Origin: Octopus sinensis
Lineage: Eukaryota
Assembly (NCBI RefSeq): GCF_006345805.1
Contig: NW_021834634.1
Coordinates: 1-62,844, forward strand
Length of the DNA stretch: 62,844 bases
Direction of reading: 5' to 3'
Shown: piece by piece, positions 53,564 through 62,844 of the stretch
Layout: each line of letters opens with the position of its first letter
How positions within the stretch are numbered: position 1 is the first letter of the stretch
Program-made: the position numbers and the translations under genes
The notes under the pieces: model-generated
Databases searched by the model: none
What the model was told of the DNA's origin: nothing
What the model saw: the letters and a program-made list of their open reading frames with translations, nothing else

Positions 53564-53682
53564 TATTATTACTATTATTATTACTATTATTATTACTATT
53601 ATTATTATTACTATTATTATTACTATTATTATTACTATATTATTACTATTATTATTATTATTATTATTATTATAATTATTAA

Positions 53683-53757
<75 letters not shown>

Positions 53758-53778
53758 TATTATTACTATTATTATTAC

Positions 53779-53813
<35 letters not shown>

Positions 53814-53884
53814 TCATTACTATTACTATTGTTATTGTTATTGTTATTATTATTATTATATTATTATTATTATTGTTATTATTA

Positions 53885-53945
<61 letters not shown>

Positions 53946-53965
53946 CATCATCATCATCATTATTA
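53564..53965. repeat. Long imperfect (ATT)n microsatellite
   Basis: Seen directly. Confidence 0.97.
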
Positions 53966-53967
53966 TT

Positions 53968-54175
53968 GAGATCACGAGGCGGTAGAATCGTTAGCACGCC
54001 GGACAAATGCTTAGAGGCATTTTGTCCGTCTTCACGGTTTGAGTTCAAATTCCGCCGGGGTCGACTTTTTCTTCCATGCTTTCGGTGTGAATGAAATGAA
54101 GTATCAAACTGGGGCGATGTAATTGACTGACGTGCATTCTCCTAACATTGCTGCTCTTCTACCAAAATTTGAAAT
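53968..54175 (+). mobile_element. SINE family C
   Basis: gaatcgttagcacgccggacaaatgcttagagg...gagttcaaattccgccggggtcgac...gatgtaattgac. Confidence 0.85.
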
Positions 54176-54204
54176 GATTATTGTTTGGAATAATAGGTTC
54201 AGAC

Positions 54205-54300
54205 ATAACTAGGTTGTAAGAAGTTTGTTTCTCAACCACGTGACTCCGGGTTGACCACTGTTTTGTGAATGGATTTGGTAGACGGCAACTGAAAGAAACC
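54205..54300 (+). mobile_element. SINE family B, partial
   Basis: aaccacgtgactccgggttg...gtgaatggatttggtagacggcaactgaaagaaacc. Confidence 0.7.
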
Positions 54301-55530
54301 ATTTTTGTTGTTGATGGAGCGGGTGTAGCTGCTGTTGGGAGAGGTGTGTTTGTCTTTAATGGCATCTCACCGTCATCACTGTTGCCAGATTTTTTTGTTG
54401 GTATCGCCAAAGTGCGGAACTCCCTTCTCTTTTTGTTGTGGGCAAAATGCCTCTAGATGGTTTGTGTATCTGCACAGGTAACATCTTGGCTCTCTGCCCT
54501 CGACGGCTACGTGAAATTTTGTGCCCCCCAGTAGGATTATGTAATCCGAGACATCCTCCACGCTCAGCTGGTCAGCTTGTAGTAGAAGCTGTATCCCTTG
54601 TCTTAACCAGTTCTGCTTGTGAATCTTCTGTATTCGCAGTATCTTGGTTTTCTCTCCCATGTCGACGAGAATTGCAACCACTAACCAACAAATGCTAATC
54701 ATTGGTGTGATATTGATTATTCTAATTCTGAACACTCTTCGACCGAGATAGAGGGGAATGAGAATGATTTCGCCACTCGTTAGAGTAGCTGTCGAGTGAT
54801 ATTTTGTCTCCTCCTCAGGCGAATGTCACCTCAACGATCCCATATTTCTTGCCCCCGGCTTCGTAGGTTTTGCTTTTCCAAACTAGTTTTAGACATTTCT
54901 CTATCTGTTGCAGTCTTGCCTACTCCAATTTCCTACTTTTCTCTCCAATTGTTTTATATAGAACTGTCCGCAAATTATTTTTCATGCTGTACAGTTCTAG
55001 GAATGTTTAGTGCCAGATTTCTCCAACATACATTTAACATTCTTAAACTCATTTTCGTCTAAGGAAATGTCTTCACTTACTTGTCGGGTCTCTTGCGCAA
55101 AGTCGAAACTGCTTCGACTGGATTTGTTTGTCTCGATTTCGCTGCCCCTTTTCGCTACATTGGTAACGGTGATGATGTTGGGCCTGCTACTGGTGTCGGC
55201 GGTACTGGTGAAGGTGGCAGTGCTCCCACTTGCGTTGTTGCTTTTTGTCGTTTTCTTTTGTTCCTGTAACGGTGAAGGGGAAGACAGAAGCAACGGAAAT
55301 TCGTTTTCATATGTTTCACGTGTGCAATTGTTGTTGTTGTTGTTGCTGCTGCTGCTGCCGCTGCTACCGCTGCTATAGCAGTCACTGTCTTTCATGACTT
55401 GGCTGTTCTCTCTTCCAAACAATCGGCTGTTCCTTTCAGCGTACAGACAATTTTTGTTCGCCATCTTTGATTTTAGCAAAAAATTAGGCGCGTCTTAGCT
55501 CAAACAAACATCAAATAGTCCCTAAGGGCT
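54300..55530 (-). mobile_element. L1/Tx1-like ORF1 pseudogene with 5' leader and intact CCHC zinc knuckle, copy 2
   Basis: aagATGGCG start at 55464 (MANKN...). VEGREPR-CYLCRYTNHLEAFC knuckle at 54483-54442. Homologous to 2130-3260. A stop splits the ORF. Confidence 0.8.
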
Positions 55531-55699
55531 ACAGATGGGGATTAACTAACCAGCTCCCCAAGGTTCTATTTTGTTTAACTACGTAAAAATAACAAATGTA
55601 CAATGTATAACAATGTGTAACAATATGAATAGCAACAAAACGTACGGAACGATGTGCAACACATGCCGATAGATGAACAATAATAATAATAATAATAAT

Positions 55700-55911
55700 G
55701 GTTTCACATTTTACTACAAGGGTAGCAATTTGGGGGGGAGAGAATGAGTCGAATACATTGACCCCAGTCTTCAACTGGTATTTATTTTATCGACCCTGAA
55801 TGGACGAAAGGCAAAGTCGACTTCGGCAGAATTTAAACTCAGAACGGAGCGACAGGAAAATACCGCTAAGTATTTCGTCCAGCGTGCCAACGATTCTTCA
55901 ACTCACCGCCT
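55700..55911 (-). mobile_element. SINE family C
   Basis: Complete head, central gtcgactttgcctttcgtcc and (ATT)n tail. Confidence 0.85.
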
Positions 55912-55949
55912 TCAACAATAACAACAACGACGACAATAATTATAATTAG

Positions 55950-56162
55950 AATCCTTTCTCCTAGAAGCACAAGCCTCAAATTTTGGGGAAAAGTTTAGGT
56001 CGACTATATCAACCCCAGTGTTTCACTGGTACTTAATTTATCAATCCCGAAAGGATGGAAGGCAAAGTTGACCTCGGCAGAACTTGAACTCAGAACGTAG
56101 CGACGGGCGAAAAACCGCTAAGCATTCCGTCCAGCATGCTAACGATTCTGCCAGCTCGCTGA
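55950..56162 (-). mobile_element. SINE family C (tandem second copy)
   Basis: Head gcgagctggcagaatcgttagc, B box gagttcaagttc, central gtcaactttgccttccatcctttcggg. Confidence 0.88.
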
Positions 56163-56184
56163 CTTAATAATAATAATAATAATG

Positions 56185-56259
<75 letters not shown>

Positions 56260-56265
56260 TAATAA

Positions 56266-57455
56266 ACCTACCTGTAAAACTTTGAGGACTGGATGTTAAA
56301 ACTTGTCACCTACCTGAAAAACTGTGAGAACTGGATGTTAAAACTTGTCTCAAAACATGAAAACAAGAAAGCATCATACTCAGTAACAAAACAGGCAAAG
56401 GAATATCTAAGTGAATTCTGAATACAACAAATTTCGGAATTAGAGATAGACATACAAGAAACAGGCACAGAAAAAGCTAAGCGCATGAAAACCCGTGCTA
56501 AATCTGCGGCCTTAGATATTCTGAATGATAAATGGTAAGAAAAACCTCTCTATGGCAAATACCCAAAGAGAGCGAATAATGCAGATGTTGACAAAGCCCT
56601 GACCCATCAATGGCTAATGGCCTCTGGCTTAAAATCTGAAACAGAGGGGTTTATCATAGCAGCTCAAGATCAACAAGAAACTACCAGGCCAACATATTAA
56701 AGATCAGCAGCAGTCCAACGTGTCGTGTATGCCAGCAACAAAATGAAACCATTGATCATGTGGTCTCCAAGTGCAGTCTTCTAGCGCCTACAGAGTATCT
56801 CAACAGGCACGATAGAGCTGCACAATATATTCACTGGGTAATTTGCAAAAACCTGGATTTGCCCCATGAACAAAACTGGTGGGAACACAAATCACCCCCA
56901 GTGCTTGAAAAAGACCACATCTCACTCCTCTGGAACTTCACCATTCAAACTGACAGATGCAAATAGGCCAAACATCATATTGAAAGACTTCAAACAAAGA
57001 ACATGCCTCCTCATTGATATGACTGTCTCAATCGATATAAATGTATCTGTCAAGACCTACCAAAAACTGAGCAAATATAAAGATCTTGAAATAGAAATCA
57101 GCAAAATGTGGAACCTGAAGACTAAAACAATACCTGTTGTCATAGGTGCCCTGGGAATGATAGCAAAAGGGGCTGATAGCTACCTAACTCAGATACCAGG
57201 AAACCCCAAAATGGCAGAAATTCAAAAGATAGTGCTCATGGGAACTGCTTATATCCTACGCAAAATACTTTCTATGTAATCTCAAGGTTTAAAACAAACA
57301 TTTTTTTTTAGACATCCACCAGTACAACACAAAAAACAACCAAATATATGGCACACTAGGCATAACAACAACGTGAACTTTCCAGCCTGTTGTCTCTTGA
57401 GGTCTCCGGGTGAGACTTGGAGCCAACTTGTACAAATATAAAGCAAAAGTCAAAC

Positions 57456-57456
<1 letters not shown>
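56266..57456 (+). mobile_element. 5'-truncated R4/Dong-like RLE non-LTR retrotransposon inserted in (AAT)n
   Basis: KPLYGKY; GLKSETEGFIIAAQDQ; CRVCQQQNETIDHVVSKC..LAPTEYLNRHD; NRPNII..LLIDMTV..KLSKYKDL (PD changed to PN); ends at ILRKILSM, then a 3' UTR and (TAA)n. (AAT)n on both flanks. Confidence 0.92.
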
Positions 57457-57502
<46 letters not shown>

Positions 57503-57525
57503 TAATAATAATAATAATAATAATA

Positions 57526-57561
<36 letters not shown>

Positions 57562-57683
57562 GGCAAAATGTTGGCAAAAATGACCATCCCTAAGTATAAC
57601 AATATGTGTATATGTTTGTATGTGTGTATGAATGTATGTACGCATGTTTGTATGTATGTATGTATGAATGCATGTATGTACGC

Positions 57684-57715
<32 letters not shown>

Positions 57716-57734
57716 GTATTTGAGCGTCCTTATG

Positions 57735-57935
57735 TTTGTCTCCTACCGCTTGACAACCGTGCTGGCTCGTTTACGAACCTGTAACTTAGCATTCCAGCCT
57801 AAGCGATTGATAGATTAGCTACCAGACTTAAAAGAGTAACATAAGTACTTAGGGGCAATTTGTGCGACTAAAATCCCACAAGGCCGTGCCCCAGCGCGGC
57901 CACAGTCCAATGGCTGAAGCATATAAAAGATAAAG
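57735..57935 (+). mobile_element. SINE family B, degenerate 3' half
   Basis: cgcttgacaaccgtgctgg...gtaacttagc...ccccagcgcggccacagtccaatggctgaagc. Confidence 0.75.
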
Positions 57936-58194
57936 AAGGTGCAAATGTATCTCACGGCAATTTTCTTTCTGAATTCAAATTTCGGGATCAGTGAAACAGA
58001 AATACCACTGGAATCAATGACATAGATTTAACTCCAATTCTCCAAATTGTTTGCCTTGTGCTTAAATCAGAAGCCACCAGTCTTTTATTGATGTTGTTGA
58101 TGCTGTCGTTCAGTTCTTGTTGTTATTGTCAGTGGAGTAATAGAATCCTTTGAGCATCGCATTAAAATGTCTTTTCTAATTTTTTGTTAGCTTT

Positions 58195-58350
58195 TTGCAT
58201 TGAGTTCAAATTCTGTTGAGGTATTTTATTTTTGATTCATCTGGGACCGATAAAATACGCTACCGATATACAAGATCGATGTAATTGACAAATGCCTATC
58301 TTCAAAATTGCTGGCATTTACTTAGATTAGAAATCATTATTATCATTACA
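58195..58350 (+). mobile_element. SINE family C, very degenerate
   Basis: gagttcaaattc...gataaaata...gatcgatgtaattgac. Confidence 0.5.
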
Positions 58351-59001
58351 AATAAGAGAAATAGCATCAAGATAACTCTTAAATTTCACTCAACCTCTAA
58401 AACAAAGAATTAAAAAAAAATTATGTAGTTCTAGATCCACTACGCCGGAAAGCAACATCACAACCTTATAACAGAACATTGTTCATCAGGTCTGCTGGAT
58501 TTTACTGACCTGAGAGTAAGCAATATTACTATTATAACATTGCCAACACAAAGCAGTGTTAGCTTAAATATTAATATAACCACTACTAATTCTAACATTT
58601 CTAGCAACGTCAGTAAGAGAACCACTGACACCACCAACATTAAAATTAACACGAAAACAGTCACGAACGCAACTAAATCGCCAACCATTCAGGAGAGGAA
58701 ATCTACGTGGTATCTTGGCTTATTAGAAATAACAGCCAAATCACTCACAAATTAATCTTAAAGAAGGAAAGGCTACTTCGAATAAACGTAGTCTTAGATA
58801 TATACTTCCATAAAGATGAAGTAGTCATGGCCTTAACACCTTCTATGACAGGTCTACTGGGACCTAAACAACAAAATAATCGACCCTACCAACATCAATT
58901 TCATCGATAATAACTACAACAGTCTTGCACTGTGGTACTTCAATAGCAGCAACATGAGAAATATCACCGAGTTTAGAAGTTCTAATACCACAACCACCAA
59001 T

Positions 59002-59033
<32 letters not shown>

Positions 59034-59159
59034 GAATAATTACATCAACATCGGTATACCTGAGTGAACAATAATTCCTCGACGCCACTTCTCGTTATAT
59101 TGTCACCATTACTATTCCACTCTTCGGCAGTGACATGCTTTAATTTTACCATTCAATTC

Positions 59160-59176
59160 CTTAGATTAGTTGTCGC

Positions 59177-59223
<47 letters not shown>

Positions 59224-59298
59224 TCATCTTTAGCCTCGTCTTGCTGTTGCTGCTGCTGTTGTCATCGATGTTGTTGCAACTGTACTGCTGCTGTTCTT

Positions 59299-59331
<33 letters not shown>

Positions 59332-59660
59332 GGCGGCGGCGGCGGCGGCGGTGGTGGTGGTGGTGGTGGTGGTGGTGGTGGAAGAGACAGTGGCGACAGT
59401 TGGGTCGTGGTTGGTGGCCGTCATGTTGCTGTCACTGAGCTATTGTTGCTGATGTTGGAAGCGGTTTTGGAATTGGTGTTAATCGTGCTGTGAGATATGC
59501 TAGTGGTGTTGGTGATAGCGAAGATAGTGGTGTTCAAAAGTGGTGGTGGTGGTGGTGGTGGTGGTGGTGGTGGTGGTGGTGGTGGTGGTGGTGGTGGTGA
59601 CGCATAGGTGCTGACGATGGTGAAGGTTGTTAGTGGCATTGGTGATGGTGTTGTTGTTGT

Positions 59661-59695
<35 letters not shown>

Positions 59696-59806
59696 TTGGC
59701 GGTGGTGGTGGATTTGTGATGTAACAATGGTGGTGTTAGTGTTATCAACGATTGTGGAAATGTGGTATGGTGATGGTGAGATGTTGGTGGTATTGGGTCG
59801 GGTCGG

Positions 59807-59837
<31 letters not shown>

Positions 59838-60058
59838 TTATTGGTGTGGGATATGGGATGTTAGTGCTGTTACTGGTGTTAGTGTTAGCAGAGATGGTCG
59901 GGCTGTTGAAGGCGGTTTTCTCTTAGTGTTAGAGAAAGTGCCAGTGGTGTTGGTGGTGATTTTAGTGGTGTTGGTTGAAGGTGTTAGTAGTGATGGTTGA
60001 AAGGATGTTTGTGTTGTTGGGTGAAGAGATGTTTGTGGTGTTTGTAGTAGTGGTGGTG

Positions 60059-60105
<47 letters not shown>

Positions 60106-60229
60106 TGTAGTAGTAGTGGTGGTGCTGGTGCTGCTAGTACTGGTGCTGGTGCTGCTAGTACTGGTGCTGGTGCTGGTACTGGTAGTAGTAGTAGTAGTTG
60201 TTGTCGTGGTGGTCGTGATGGTCGTGGTG

Positions 60230-60264
<35 letters not shown>

Positions 60265-60880
60265 CGTGGTGGTGGTGGTGGTAGTAGTAGTAGTGATTGA
60301 AGTGGTGGTTATGGCAATAGTGACAGTAGTGATGGTGATTGTAGAAGTAGTTGTAGTGGCAGTGAGAAACAATGGTGGTAAGGGTTTGTGGTGGGTGGGT
60401 GGGTAGCGGATTTCTTACTCTTCGTTGAAGTGGTAGAAATACATTAGTGTTTGTTCTGCTGAGATATGTTGGCGGTAGTGATGATGACGGTGATGCTATA
60501 GGTGGCGATGACTATAATGGGTGATGGTGGTGGCGGCGGTGGTATCAGTGGTGATGGTGGTGGTGGTGGTGGTGGCGGCGGCGGCGGTGGTGGTGGTGGT
60601 GGCGGCGGCGGCGGCGGCGGTGGTGTCGGTGGTGATGTAGATGGTTACGGGTGCTGGGACGATGGTAGTGATGATGGTGGGTAAACTGGCAATGGCTGGC
60701 TGGCGGTGGAGATGTGAGGTGGGGGGGTATGATGAAGACGATGTGATAGTGAAAAGAGTGTGAGGGTGATGGTAATGATGGTGGTTGTGGTGGTGGTGGT
60801 GGTGGTGGTAAACCATGACGACGATGGTGTTGGTGTTGGTGGTGGTGGTGGTGGTGGTGGTGGTGGTGCAGGGTGTCGGC
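59160..60880. repeat. G-rich compound trinucleotide array (GGT/GGC/GTA/GTT/GAT)
   Basis: Seen directly; source of the poly-T/V/G/H ORFs. Confidence 0.95.
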
Positions 60881-61328
60881 CGATAGTGAAAGTAGAAGGA
60901 ATAATGCAAAATACGAAACGATTGCGATTAACAGCAATTTGTGTGTTTTTTGTGTTTTTGCTTTTCATATTCAGCATACTGTGCTCACACCTCACACCTT
61001 ACATCTCTTACCTGACACCTTACACACTAACATCTATACACACTAACACCTCTCTACCACTTTTCTACACGCACGCGCATACACACACTCACACTCACAC
61101 ACTCACACACTCACACACACTGAAACACTTAAAGACTAACAACCATATGAATATAGGCAAGCACACATTTTTGCCTATTCGACCGTACGTCACACGCGCA
61201 CACAAACGCAAATATTTATGTATGTAAATCTATGTATGCATGTAAGCATGTATATCATACAGGCATAGCATTAACATACATACATACACACATACATATA
61301 TATATATATGTATGTATATAAATATATA

Positions 61329-61403
<75 letters not shown>

Positions 61404-62009
61404 TATATATATATAATATATATGATATATATACATATATATATATACATATAAATATATATAAGTATGTATATATGTGTGTGTGTGTGTGTGTTTATAT
61501 ATGTATATATATCATATATATATGCACACTTATGCAAAGCATATATATTCGTGCGTGTATATGTGTATACGTTTACGTGTGTACATGCGCACGCACACAC
61601 ACACTAACACACACAAATATACACACACATACATATAAAGAAGCGTGCACACACCATTCTCACATGCGTAAATAACATACGTCGATGAACACGTGACTTA
61701 CACAAAACTAAAGAGGAGATATACTTACAACTCAAATTCTTTCAGGTCAACGCAAAGAGCTTAACGTTTCTTCTATACATATATACACATCTCATCTCGT
61801 ATACATGCTCATATATAAATGTACTTTATTCACATACAGACACACAAGCACACTCCTTCTTCACACGAATTTACCCCCAGTCACACGAATTTACTCACAG
61901 TCACACGAATTTATTGGTATTTTTGTTTTTGTTCTTGTTGTTGTCTGGATATTTCCATGTCACTTCATTTACATTTTTCCACCATCACCACGTCCTCCTT
62001 CTCATCATC

Positions 62010-62025
62010 ATCATTACATCATTGC

Positions 62026-62074
<49 letters not shown>

Positions 62075-62382
62075 GTCAGCAACGACACACAAATCCCCCA
62101 TCAAATGCCATCCTGTCTTAAATAGACAGCGTACGTACATCATACATTTAAAGGATTGGTCACTGATGGAACGCTTTGGGGCGAAGTCACAATACCATTA
62201 TTGTCATTACTACCATTGTCTTAACTGCGGAGATAATCGTCGTCATCATCATTATCATCCTCATCGTCGCCGTCGTCGTCGTCGTTGTCGTCATCGTCGT
62301 CGTCATCGTCATCATCAACAACACCTACGCCATATCATCATCGTCGTCATCTTCACGTTCATTACTACTATTACTACTACTA

Positions 62383-62418
<36 letters not shown>

Positions 62419-62480
62419 ATACTACTACTGCTACTGCTGCTGCTGCCAGTACTACTACTACTGCTAGTACTACTACTAGT
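62010..62480. repeat. Compound (CAT)/(CGT)/(ACT)/(GCT) array
   Basis: Seen directly. Confidence 0.95.
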
Positions 62481-62844
62481 ATTACCAAAACTACTTCTAC
62501 TGAACATTCATCACCACCATGACTAACACTATATTATAATCACTATTTCATTAACATTGCTACATTGAAACCGTGAACAACAACACCACTTAAAATGCCA
62601 TTCTCCAGCAGCTAATATTGATATCTACAAATCGAGTACTACAACAACTGTAACACCACCATCAATAACAACAATAAAGTAAGCACATTCGATGTTACAT
62701 ACAAAAAATTTTTTTTAATAAAATAAAAAAGCTATGGGCTGTGAAGAAAAATAATATAAATCAGTGGCTAAATGTGTCAACGGGAAACAACTCTGAATAT
62801 ATTTCGATATTGCTAGAACACTTCAGGAAAGCATAGTCTTTGAA

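Overview
This is 62.8 kb of AT-rich, microsatellite-saturated animal DNA. It is most likely an intron or intergenic region of an octopus (coleoid cephalopod) genome, inferred from SINE families I recognise and from the repeat density. I can support no intact host protein-coding exon, rRNA, true tRNA or CRISPR array, and almost all ORFs in the supplied track are microsatellite translations. The recognisable content is decayed mobile elements: four tRNA-derived SINE families (about 20 copies), L1/Tx1-like LINE fragments (ORF1 with a CCHC knuckle, APE, RT), R4/Dong-like restriction-like-endonuclease (RLE) LINEs, a Penelope-like element (PLE), several mariner fossils, a pogo/Tigger-like MITE, and autonomous-derived and non-autonomous Helitrons. 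The most interesting signals are: (i) a ~500-bp inverted repeat with a minimal type-I hammerhead ribozyme in one arm and its core deleted in the other, plus hammerhead relics of unrelated sequence elsewhere; (ii) a Helitron whose helicase C-terminus is fused in frame to its own N-terminal region; (iii) a ~560-bp non-coding element embedded in (AAT)n with a duplicated head; (iv) two promoter-like or solo-LTR CpG-rich islands; and (v) a 1.9-kb tandem duplication that may be an assembly artefact. Protein-family calls rest on motifs I recognised by eye, not on database searches.
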